Shown: positions 1 to 8,284 of the stretch, piece after piece
Position numbering within the stretch: position 1 is the first letter of the stretch
Layout: each line of letters starts with the position of its first letter
Source: Candidatus Poribacteria bacterium
Lineage (GTDB): Bacteria > Poribacteria > WGA-4E > GCA-2687025
Direction: 5' to 3'
DNA: 64,000 nt
Assembly: GCA_963665845.2 (NCBI GenBank)
Contig: OY762492.1
Location: forward strand, 2,656,001-2,720,000
Program-made: the position numbers and the translations under genes
The notes under the pieces: model-generated
The model's database searches: none
Told to the model about the DNA's origin: nothing
The model's input: the letters and a program-made list of their open reading frames with translations, nothing else

Positions 1-264
1 CCATGCAAACAGCGCCGCCGCCGCCAGCTCCACAAGCGGATAACGCAGCGGAATGCGGGCGGAGCAGTCGGCGCACCTGCCGCGCAGAAACAGATAACTG
101 AAAAGCGGGATGTTATGGACGGCGCGCACCGGCGCCCCGCAGGAGGGGCAGTAGGAGCGCGGCGGATTCCATGGCGTCTGTCCAAGCGGGATTCGGTGGA
201 TGCATACGTTTAAAAAGCTGCCGGCGCACAATCCGATCAAGCCGCTAAGGATCGTCGGGGTCAT
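1..264 (-). CDS. pilD: Prepilin peptidase (A24), 5' part; runs off the window edge
   Basis: Hand translation from ATG at 264: MTPTILSGLIGLCAGSFLNVCIHRIP...PRSYCPSCG...HNIPLFSYLFLRGRCADCSARIPLRYPLVEL. This has the GSFLNV motif and two CxxC pairs of the PilD N-domain. Confidence 0.9.
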   Translation of the reverse strand, partial: MTPTILSGLIGLCAGSFLNVCIHRIPLGQTPWNPPRSYCPSCGAPVRAVHNIPLFSYLFLRGRCADCSARIPLRYPLVELAAAALFAW

Positions 265-670
265 ACGGGGGCCACCAGTCGGGGTTTTCGCGGATCGGGG
301 CGGACAGCTCCGCCTCGGCTCCGAGTCGGTATTTGTCGGGGGCTTTGTCGTTTTCTGGGTCGATGCCGACCAGCCCGCGCGCGTTGTCAAAAATGAACTG
401 CCCGCCCCATGGCGTCTCTAGCATACGGAGCGAATCGAGATACGGTCCGCGCCAGCCCTCCGCGCCTGGGTTGTTCACCAGATGAGTCGGATCGACGCAT
501 GGCGCCCCTGTTTGACGGGCGAACCGCGCCGCGGCGTCCGAGATCGTTTCCAAGCGCGTTGCCGCCGCGTTCACTTTTCGGCTGTCCATATAGACCGGCA
601 GCGTGAACGCCCCCGCTAAGACCGCCGCAGCAATCAAAACGCCCGCCTTCAAGAGTCGCATTCGTCCCAT
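245..670 (-). CDS. Type II secretion GspG-like pseudopilin domain protein (start uncertain, 661-682)
   Basis: N-terminal hydrophobic helix followed by the GspG C-domain-like segment LVNNPG..GWRGPYL....TPWG; adjacent to pilD. Confidence 0.65.
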   Translation of the reverse strand: MGRMRLLKAGVLIAAAVLAGAFTLPVYMDSRKVNAAATRLETISDAAARFARQTGAPCVDPTHLVNNPGAEGWRGPYLDSLRMLETPWGGQFIFDNARGLVGIDPENDKAPDKYRLGAEAELSAPIRENPDWWPPYDPDDP

Positions 671-1239
671 TTCTCCTTCCACGCGCGCAGGATGTTCAAC
701 GCCCCGTCCAGATCGCCTTCCCGCAGACGCTCCAGCGCTGCTTCGTCCGCTTGTCCGCGCGCCTCGCCCATCAAGGCGGTCAGCTCCTCATACGCATGCC
801 CGTACCGTTCTTCAAGCTCCTCCCGCATCTGCTTCGCTAACGCGGGGCTTCGTCCGCCCGTTGAAACGGCGATCGTCAACGCGCCGCGCTGAACCGCCCC
901 CGGCGTATGAAACGTCGCGTCGTCCAGCGCATGCGCGCTGTTGATCCAGACTCCCATGCGCCGGGCGCAGCGCGCCATCGATTCGTTCACAGCGCGCGAA
1001 TCGGTCAACGCGAACGCGAGCCGAAAGCCGCGCAGATCGCTCGGTTTAAACGGGCGGGGCGCCCATCGAAACGCGCCGGACGCCTCCAGTTTCATCAGCC
1101 CTTCGTTCAGCGTCGGGCTAACGACGGTCAGCTTTGCGCCGCATGCCAACAGACGCCGTATTTTCCGCTCCGCTACCTTCCCCCCGCCGGCGACCAGCGC
1201 CGCCTCCCCCCGCAGTTTCAAAAAAATAGGATACATCAA
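649..1239 (-). CDS. Precorrin-2 dehydrogenase / sirohydrochlorin ferrochelatase (SirC/CysG N-terminal type)
   Basis: MYPIFLKL..ALVAGGGKVAERK, and IAVSTGGRSPALAK motifs. Confidence 0.9.
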   Translation of the reverse strand: MMYPIFLKLRGEAALVAGGGKVAERKIRRLLACGAKLTVVSPTLNEGLMKLEASGAFRWAPRPFKPSDLRGFRLAFALTDSRAVNESMARCARRMGVWINSAHALDDATFHTPGAVQRGALTIAVSTGGRSPALAKQMREELEERYGHAYEELTALMGEARGQADEAALERLREGDLDGALNILRAWKEKWDECDS

Positions 1240-1329
1240 AACGGACGCCTCCCGCTGACCAAACCCCTTTTAAGTTGGGACATTTGAACGGACGCGGATG
1301 TTACGGCGTTCTGCTGAAGGGGGCGACTC

Positions 1330-2163
1330 CTATGATGAGGAGTCGTCCGTCCGGAAGAACGCGCGCCGCGCCAGCAGCGCCATCCCTAAACCCAACCCAA
1401 ACACGCACACAACGGTCGGACCCGTTGGATCATCCATCTGGTACGATATATTGCAGCCCATGAAACTCGCCGCGACGCCAAAAGCCCAGCCGATGATCAA
1501 CCGGGAACTCACGCGGGAGGCGAGCAGAGAGCCGACAATGGCAGGCGCAATCAAAAAGCTGAACACCAGCAGAACGCCCGCAATCTGCACCGAGCTGGTC
1601 ACGACGACGCCGAACAGCGCATAAAACAGGAAATCCCATCTGCGTATCGACACGCCGCTCTCCTGCGCCTCCTTCGGGCGCATCGAGATGAGCATGAACC
1701 GCTTCCGGAATATCCAATGGATCAGCCCGACCGCCGCATACAGCGCCGCCACAGCGCCGACCTCCCCCCAGCTGACAAACAGGATGGAGCCTGTCAACAT
1801 CGACTTGATCTCGTCCGAGGCATGCGCGATGCGGTCCGCCATGAGAATCGCCCCCGCCGACGCGACCGCATACGCCATGCCGATGAACGCCTCCTGCGGA
1901 ACGCTGCCCTTGATGGAGCGCGTGTAGGTGAAAACGCCCGCGCCGACAATCGTCAACCCAAGCGAAAAGAGATACACCCCAATCTTGCTTTCCACATGCA
2001 GCAGCGCCGCGAGCAGCGCGCCCAGCGCCGCTATTTGAGCCAGCGCAAGGTCCACAAAAATGACGCCGCGCGCCAGGATATGAATCCCAAGATAGGCATG
2101 AATGCCTGTCAGGATCAGGCACGCGGCGAACGGAGCCGCCATGATCGAGAGCTGCTCCATCAC
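1330..2163 (-). CDS. ABC-3 family metal (Zn/Mn/Fe) transporter permease
   Basis: Multi-TM protein with YLGIHILARGVIFVDLALAQ and GVLLVFSFLIAPA motifs. Confidence 0.9.
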   Translation of the reverse strand: MMEQLSIMAAPFAACLILTGIHAYLGIHILARGVIFVDLALAQIAALGALLAALLHVESKIGVYLFSLGLTIVGAGVFTYTRSIKGSVPQEAFIGMAYAVASAGAILMADRIAHASDEIKSMLTGSILFVSWGEVGAVAALYAAVGLIHWIFRKRFMLISMRPKEAQESGVSIRRWDFLFYALFGVVVTSSVQIAGVLLVFSFLIAPAIVGSLLASRVSSRLIIGWAFGVAASFMGCNISYQMDDPTGPTVVCVFGLGLGMALLARRAFFRTDDSSS

Positions 2164-3110
2164 GGCGCCAGCGCTTTTTCTTCTTCGACGGAGGTCTGCC
2201 GCGGCTCAGCCGCTTTTTCTAACTCGACGGCGATCTTCTCAAACATATCGGCGTAAGTTTTCACCTCCTTGTAGGCGCCGACCGTCTGCGGCAGGGGGAT
2301 GTACTTCACCCCCGCTCGGTTTGCGGTCGCCTGCGGAATCTTCGGCGGAAAATGGTTTGACGCGACGACCGCGGCCGCCTTCTCCGACTTAATCTGCGCA
2401 ATCAGATTCGCCAGATGGCGCGGACCGGGCGGAATGCCCGGCTTCTCCTCCACATGACCGATCACATCCAACCCGATCCAGTTCGACAGATACGCCCAGG
2501 TGCGGTGGTAGGCGACAACCTTGACGCCGCGCCATGCCTCAAGCCGCTTCTCCCAGTCTTTGATGCGCTTCTTGTAGGCGGTTTCAAACGCCTTCAGGTT
2601 CGCTTCGTACTGCTCCTTCCGCTCCGGGTCGATTTCGGAAAACCGCTCCGCCAGCAGCTCGGCGACCAGAATGCCGTTGCGCGGATCCAGCATATAGTGC
2701 GGATTCCCCTCGGCATGAATATCCCCGTGGGAACGATGCAGCTCCTCTTCGGGAACCTCCAGCTTCTCCTTCACCGCATCGGAGGCGTTGATGAGCCGCC
2801 GGCTTCCGGGCGCCATATGCTTGTTCCGCGCGCCTTCGATCAGCTTTGGAAGCCAGCCGACCTCCAGCTCCATGCCGGTGAAGATCAGAATGTCGGCGCG
2901 GTTGACGCGGCGTATGTAGCTCGGTTTCGCTTCCACATAATGCGGGTCCTGCGTCCCTTTCGCAATGGCGTGGACATCCGCGTTGTCCCCGACGATCTCC
3001 TTGGCGACCGCCGCCAGGTCGGGCGTCGTCGTCACGATGCGAAGCGCGTATGCCGAGTCGCATAGAAAAAGGGCGAAGATTGTGCAAAGGGCGAAGATTG
3101 CTCTGCGCAT
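2160..3110 (-). CDS. Metal ABC transporter substrate-binding protein (ZnuA/TroA cluster A-I)
   Basis: Signal peptide; DPHYVE, GNPHYMLDP and YHRTW His-ligand motifs; EEKPGIPP. Confidence 0.92.
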   Translation of the reverse strand: MRRAIFALCTIFALFLCDSAYALRIVTTTPDLAAVAKEIVGDNADVHAIAKGTQDPHYVEAKPSYIRRVNRADILIFTGMELEVGWLPKLIEGARNKHMAPGSRRLINASDAVKEKLEVPEEELHRSHGDIHAEGNPHYMLDPRNGILVAELLAERFSEIDPERKEQYEANLKAFETAYKKRIKDWEKRLEAWRGVKVVAYHRTWAYLSNWIGLDVIGHVEEKPGIPPGPRHLANLIAQIKSEKAAAVVASNHFPPKIPQATANRAGVKYIPLPQTVGAYKEVKTYADMFEKIAVELEKAAEPRQTSVEEEKALAP

Positions 3111-3219
3111 ACATGTACTCCTCGTGTTGTTTCAGCTGACGCCGGCGCCTGAATTGAAACATGCCTGAATACAGATCAAATGTTCCAACTCAAGCGCCGA
3201 CCTCATCGCTGACGATGCC

Positions 3220-4443
3220 TCAATAGGAATGGGCGGGGTGAGAGCCGATCGTGAAGCTGTACTGAAGCGACACGCTGTTTTCGGCATCCTCCTCGTCCGG
3301 ATGGCTCTTGGACGCAAACTGCAGGCGCAGCAGCTGAAACTCGGTCGGGACGAAGGCGAGAATCGCGCGGATGCGGGACGCCGTCTCCTCATGCTCCGTC
3401 AGCCAGTCGAAGCCCGCCTCGGCGATCCAGCCTTTGGCGAACTGGTACTGCGCCAGAGCGTGTCCGCCCGACAGATCCTCTTCGCCGACGCTGCCGGTCA
3501 AGAACTCGCCCTCGATGACAAACATCTGATGCCGCGCGGCTTCCAGCGGTTTCCATTTGATCCGCGCGTCCACGCCGAAGACCGAATTCGACTGCTCCAC
3601 ATCTTCAACGATGTCGTCATGCAGCTCTTCTATCGTCCGCGAGCCGAACAGCGCCGACGCGCCAAGCTCAAACGTGGTCGCGTCGTTGATGTCCAGCTGG
3701 TTGTGGAGCCGTCCCAGATAGGCGAGGTCCCAGCCCTCTTCGCTTCCGAAAAGTACAGGGTTGTCGCCGTTGTAGACGCCGCCAATCAGTTCGGCGTACC
3801 AGTCGACAGGGGCGAGCCAGCTCAGTTCGGCGCCGACTTCGTTCAGGCTCTCTTCCCCAAACAGGCTTTCGTTGACAAGCGGCGCTTCGATGAACGGGTA
3901 CTGATGCTTATGCAGCTGGTTGTGGCGTCCGAATGAGGCGAAGTATTTGCCCGCCTTGAGCGCCAGGTCTGCCGGCATTCCGAGCGTCAGGACATACGCC
4001 TCCTCCAGCTCAAAGCCGGCGGAGCCATGCATGCCGAGCATGACGTTCGCTTTCACATGCGGATCGACAAAGGAGGTGAACTGCGCCTCAATCTCTTGAA
4101 CGCCCCAGCCGTCCTCAATGGCGGCGCCGTGAGCATGCGCGTCTCCTCCGTGTCCGTTTTCAGCCTCTGAATGTCCGTTCTCTTCGTCATGATGCCCGTT
4201 CTCTTCATGTCCGTTCCCGTCGTCATGATGATGCTCCTCTTCGCCGCCGAGCATGGCGTTTCCGAGGAACAGCCCGTTGATGCTGATGGCGGGGTTGAAG
4301 GCGCGCGACACGCCGGTTACATCCCCAGGAGCGTCCGCTTTGCCGTCGTCTTGGGCATGCAATGCGGAGCTGAACATGAGCGCCGCCAGCATCGCCAGCG
4401 CGCTTCCCAGTCGACCGATCATCCGAACAACGCTGCGTTTCAT
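3220..4443 (-). CDS. His-rich outer-membrane beta-barrel/porin associated with Zn/Mn uptake
   Basis: Signal peptide, FNPAISING, a His/acidic tract with ENGH repeats, FGRHNQLHKH, C-terminal IGSHPAHSY; first gene of the metal operon. Confidence 0.75.
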   Translation of the reverse strand: MKRSVVRMIGRLGSALAMLAALMFSSALHAQDDGKADAPGDVTGVSRAFNPAISINGLFLGNAMLGGEEEHHHDDGNGHEENGHHDEENGHSEAENGHGGDAHAHGAAIEDGWGVQEIEAQFTSFVDPHVKANVMLGMHGSAGFELEEAYVLTLGMPADLALKAGKYFASFGRHNQLHKHQYPFIEAPLVNESLFGEESLNEVGAELSWLAPVDWYAELIGGVYNGDNPVLFGSEEGWDLAYLGRLHNQLDINDATTFELGASALFGSRTIEELHDDIVEDVEQSNSVFGVDARIKWKPLEAARHQMFVIEGEFLTGSVGEEDLSGGHALAQYQFAKGWIAEAGFDWLTEHEETASRIRAILAFVPTEFQLLRLQFASKSHPDEEDAENSVSLQYSFTIGSHPAHSY

Positions 4444-4519
4444 AGAGTGAACCTCTTTCGTTGGTTCTGTTTATGGACGTTCGCTTACGGAACCTAGCCG
4501 TTTTCAATTCGCCATGTAT

Positions 4520-4710
4520 CTTAGCCGAAGCCGGCGGAATGTCCAAATTTTTTTTGAGCTTCGCCGCATAACCTTAGCAGAAGCTGTCGGAATATCCAAA
4601 TTTGTTCACTCCGCCGCGCATCTCTTAGCCGAAGCCTGCGAGATGTCTAAATTGTTTTTCACTTCGACACATCGTCTTAGCCGAAGCCGTCGGAATGTCC
4701 AAATTTTTTT
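4520..4710 (-). repeat. Four tandem ~52-bp units, each with a sigma70-like promoter on the minus strand
   Basis: CTTAGC(C/A)GAAGC..CG(G/A)(A/G)AT(G/A)TC(C/T)AAATT starts at 4520, 4573, 4624 and 4676. The reverse strand reads TGGACA-like, N16, then TAAGAT-like. Confidence 0.85.
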
Positions 4711-4786
4711 CAAAAAGAAGGGAAAATTCTTTGCGCGGCATGCTCTGCGAATGCGAATCGCTGCCGCTTCGTCCGCTGACATTTTT

Positions 4787-5419
4787 TTAAGGCAACAGCG
4801 GATTCTCCTCTTTTTTCGGCGCGCCGACAGCGAACGCTCCAATCAGGACGCCCTCCACGATCGTCAAGCTGGACTCGACGATGGGAGACGCGCCGACGAT
4901 GACCGACGCGCCGACCGACGCAACCAGTATAACGCCGCCGAATACCGGCATTTTTCCGCCGCAGCTTGCCGCAAACAGGCAGACCGCAAAGACGCCCAGA
5001 ATAGCGTTCACGGCGCGGGTCGGCTCCAAAACGCCGTCCCAGAGCGCGAAGACCGCCGCTTGCGCCGCGTCCATGCCTGCTGGGGACGCTTCCGCCCATT
5101 TGCGCATCGTTTCAATCGGTATCGTTTGAAGCGCCGCTTCGATGAGCGAGATCGGAAGCCAGACCAGCAGAAACGCCATGCCGGCGCGCGCCCATCCGTT
5201 TTCAACGCTCTTTCCGAGGGCGTAAAGCGGGGCGGTTAACAGAAGTAAAACGCCGATGCGGAAGCCCCATGTTTTGCCGAGCAACGGCGCGTTGCCGAAG
5301 AAATCGATCCATGCGTCGGCGCCCTCCGCCGGGGCGCCGCTGTAAATGAGCGTTTGCCAGACGCCCGCTATCGTCAACCCTAATGCTCCAATCAGCGCCA
5401 AACCGCGCGCGCCTCTCAT
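4787..5419 (-). CDS. Integral membrane protein of unknown function
   Basis: ATG at 5419 preceded by GGAGG; about 6 hydrophobic segments. Confidence 0.65.
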   Translation of the reverse strand: MRGARGLALIGALGLTIAGVWQTLIYSGAPAEGADAWIDFFGNAPLLGKTWGFRIGVLLLLTAPLYALGKSVENGWARAGMAFLLVWLPISLIEAALQTIPIETMRKWAEASPAGMDAAQAAVFALWDGVLEPTRAVNAILGVFAVCLFAASCGGKMPVFGGVILVASVGASVIVGASPIVESSLTIVEGVLIGAFAVGAPKKEENPLLP

Positions 5420-5712
5420 TTTTGTTCCTCCTTCATTTTTGTCCAATGCTGCGCAAACTGGAAGAGCAGACTTTCTGTCCAGCGGCAGATAAGAACCGCC
5501 GCCGCAATCGACAGCAGAATCGGAAGCGTCATGGACGGCGATCCGTTCTCGGCTGCGTTTGGGAGATCTAAGAGGGGAACGCAGATCAGCGCAAACGGCA
5601 GCGCGCCGGACAGGCACAACATCAAGAGATGCAGAGCGTACGACAACACAGCCGCCAAAAGCCCGCCTCTACGTTTCAACAGCAGACTCACAACCGCTCG
5701 GCTGCCTTTCAT
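5416..5712 (-). CDS. Small membrane protein (2-3 TM), hypothetical
   Basis: GGAGG RBS upstream, hydrophobic sequence, ATGA overlap with the next gene. Confidence 0.5.
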   Translation of the reverse strand: MKGSRAVVSLLLKRRGGLLAAVLSYALHLLMLCLSGALPFALICVPLLDLPNAAENGSPSMTLPILLSIAAAVLICRWTESLLFQFAQHWTKMKEEQK

Positions 5713-5779
5713 TTGCGCCTCCCTTCTGTCTGTCTAAGTGAGCATCATGCAGAACGCCGCCGTTTTTTGCAACCGCTTT

Positions 5780-6176
5780 TTTTAACCCTAAAGCGTCCGC
5801 GCCGCCCGTCGTCATTCCCGTGAAAACGGGAATCTTAGGCGTCGCAGACGCCGTCCATATGGCGTCTCCGATCAACATCATCGCATGAGCGTACTCCCTT
5901 TTAACCCTAAGGCGTCCGCGCCGCCGCGCCCGATTCCCCCTTGAAAAGGGGGGCTAGGGGGGTTTAAAGTGCGGGCGCAGCGGCTGCGATGCCTTAAGAT
6001 TCTCGCTTGCGCGGGAATGACAGCGGGTAGGATGGACGTTGAGGTGAATGCGACGGTGTCGGATTAGGACTCTGGATTCCCGCTTGCGCGGGAATGACGA
6101 CATGGTTGGCGGCGCCTTTTTCCCATGAATAAAAGCTTTGATCGTTCCACTGTCTCAACTTTCAGCATGGGGTCAT
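5780..6176. repeat. Mosaic intergenic repeat (three dRS3-like palindromes, a C/G hairpin, one MITE end)
   Basis: GTCATTCCCGTGAAAACGGGAAT at ~5811; ATTCCCGCTTGCGCGGGAATGAC at ~6076; CCCCCTTGAAAAGGGGGGCTAGGGGGG at ~5936; reverse-complement MITE left end at 6151-6175. Confidence 0.85.
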
Positions 6177-6178
6177 GG

Positions 6179-7369
6179 TTAAGGCTCCTGCTCCCGCTTC
6201 AGCCGATACAACGGAGACATCTGCCGCTGCTCTTCGATCTTCTCGGTCAACATATCGGCGACAGCGGCGGCGTCTTCCATCGTGTTTCCGCGCCCTAACC
6301 CGAACCGTATCGCCGACCTTGCCAACCGCTCTTCGATGCCCATCGCCCGAAGCGCGTAGGAGGCGTCCAGCGATTTTGATGTACACGCCGAGCCGGAGGA
6401 GAGCGCGGCGCCGCGCATGCTCAACAGTACCGCCTCGCTTTGGACATACTCGAAGCTGACGTTCAGGTTGCCGTAGAGACGCTGCGTCGGGTGTCCGTTC
6501 AGGCGGACAAAGTCGATCTGGTTGAAGATGCGATCGCGCAGGTCGTTTCGGATCGCTTCGATGCGCGGCGCCTCTTCAGCGCGCAGCTCATGGCTCCGCT
6601 GCGCCGCCGTTCCAAAGCCGACGATGGCGGGAACGTTCAGGGTGCCGGAGCGGTAACCGCGCTCCTGCCCTCCGCCGTCCACCAGCGGAACGAAACGAAT
6701 GCGCGGGCGCCGCTTCCGCAGATAAAGCGCGCCGACCCCCTTCGGTCCATAGATTTTATGCCCCGATATGGACATCAGATCGACATTCAGCGTGTCCACA
6801 TCGCTGTCATATTTCCCGAACGCTTGAACCCCGTCGGTATGAAATAGAGCGCCCGCCTCCCGCGCGATGCGTTCGATTTCGGCGATCGGGTTGATCGTGC
6901 CGTATTCGTTGTGCGCCCAGACAACCGAGACGAGAGCCGTTTTGTCGTTCACGGCGCGCTTCGCGTCGTCAGGGTCGACCATGCCGTGTTGGTCAACATC
7001 CAGATAGACGACCTCAAAGCCCTCTTTTTCAAGCGCCTGACATGCCTCTAGGACGGAGTGATGCTCAACCTTTGTCGTAACGACGCGGTTTTTGCCGCGC
7101 TCTTTGTAGGCGCGGGCGACGCCCTTGACCGCCATGTTGTTCGATTCGGTCGCGCCGCCGGTGAATAAAACCTCGTCCGGTCGGCAGTTGAGAACGTCCG
7201 CGATCTGCCCGCGCGCCTGCTCAACCCCCTCTTCAGCCGCCCATCCCCATTGGTGCGTTCGGCTGGACGGGTTGCCGAATTCGCTGGTGAGAAACGGCGT
7301 CATCGCCTCCAGCGCCGCCGGGTCAAGCGGCGTCGTCGCGTGGTGGTCCATGTAGACGGGTCTGTCCAT
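6179..7369 (-). CDS. iscS: Cysteine desulfurase (IscS/NifS)
   Basis: YMDHHATTP, FGNPSS, SGHKIYGPKG (PLP Lys) and SSGSACTS (catalytic Cys). Confidence 0.95.
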   Translation of the reverse strand: MDRPVYMDHHATTPLDPAALEAMTPFLTSEFGNPSSRTHQWGWAAEEGVEQARGQIADVLNCRPDEVLFTGGATESNNMAVKGVARAYKERGKNRVVTTKVEHHSVLEACQALEKEGFEVVYLDVDQHGMVDPDDAKRAVNDKTALVSVVWAHNEYGTINPIAEIERIAREAGALFHTDGVQAFGKYDSDVDTLNVDLMSISGHKIYGPKGVGALYLRKRRPRIRFVPLVDGGGQERGYRSGTLNVPAIVGFGTAAQRSHELRAEEAPRIEAIRNDLRDRIFNQIDFVRLNGHPTQRLYGNLNVSFEYVQSEAVLLSMRGAALSSGSACTSKSLDASYALRAMGIEERLARSAIRFGLGRGNTMEDAAAVADMLTEKIEEQRQMSPLYRLKREQEP

Positions 7370-7444
7370 CGTCGGCTCCCGCTGTTTCGACGCATGATAC
7401 ACGGAATGGGCTTGACAATGCAAGCGTCGGCCCAATTTATACGT

Positions 7445-8275
7445 ATGCCGAAAAATATAAAAAGCCCGCTGCGCTACCCAGGCGGCAAGTCAAGAGCGCT
7501 CAAGCAGATCCTTCCGCTGATACCCGCCAATATCGCGGAATACCGCGAGCCGTTTGTCGGCGGCGGCTCCGTTTTCTTTGCTGTCCGCAGCCTGTTCAAA
7601 AATAGCGTCCGCTACAAGATCAACGACCTGAACTACGACCTGTACTGCTTCTGGAAACAGACGCGCGACAACGCCGACCAGCTTGTCCAAGCGCTGCTCA
7701 AAACGCATGCCGAGTCAACCGACGGACGCGCGCTCTTTGAAAGGCTGTCGCAGGCGAAAGACGAACTGAGCCAAAACCGAAACGCCCTCGGCGAATTTGA
7801 GCGCGCTGTCCGCTACTTCATCCTGAACCGCATCACTTTTTCCGGCGTCGTCGACTCCGGCGGATATTCGCAGTCCGCCTTTGAGAGCCGCTTCACCCGT
7901 TCCTCCATTGAGCGCGTTCAGAAGATCGCGCCGCATCTGAACGGCGTTCAGATCGACAACGAAGATTATGAAAACGCGCTCCATGAGGGCGGCGAGGGAG
8001 CGTTTCTTTTTCTAGACCCGCCTTACTGGAAGGCTACGGCGTCCAAGCTGTACGGGGCGCGCGGCTCTCTCCACACCGCCTTTGACCATGCCCGCTTTGC
8101 CGACAACATGCGCCGCTGCAGGCACCGCTGGCTCATCACCTACGACGATTCGTTCGTCATTCGCCGCCTTTTCAAGTTTGCGCGCATCCGCGAGTGGACG
8201 CTCCAATACGGCATGAACAACTACCGCCAAGGAGCCGCCGCCAAGGGACGCGAGCTGTTCATCTCCAATTACTAA
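7445..8275 (+). CDS. DNA adenine methyltransferase, Dam/D12 class; orphan in this window
   Basis: SPLRYPGGKS, EPFVGGGSV, INDLN and FLDPPY motifs. Confidence 0.92.
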   Translation: MPKNIKSPLRYPGGKSRALKQILPLIPANIAEYREPFVGGGSVFFAVRSLFKNSVRYKINDLNYDLYCFWKQTRDNADQLVQALLKTHAESTDGRALFERLSQAKDELSQNRNALGEFERAVRYFILNRITFSGVVDSGGYSQSAFESRFTRSSIERVQKIAPHLNGVQIDNEDYENALHEGGEGAFLFLDPPYWKATASKLYGARGSLHTAFDHARFADNMRRCRHRWLITYDDSFVIRRLFKFARIREWTLQYGMNNYRQGAAAKGRELFISNY

Positions 8276-8284
8276 CCCCGCCGT

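Noticed and set aside
3125-3165. Riboswitch between the porin and SBP genes
   Set aside because: Only a simple TGTTTCA...TGAAACA hairpin near the RBS; I recognise no riboswitch consensus (an Rfam scan would settle it)
4520-4710. Possible mini-CRISPR array
   Set aside because: The putative spacers (~20 bp) resemble each other, the repeats are degenerate and there are no cas genes; it is a whole-unit tandem repeat
4514-5239. 241-aa plus-strand ORF with repeated LSRSRRNVQIFF
   Set aside because: A translation of the tandem repeat plus the antisense of a membrane gene; no RBS or protein-like composition
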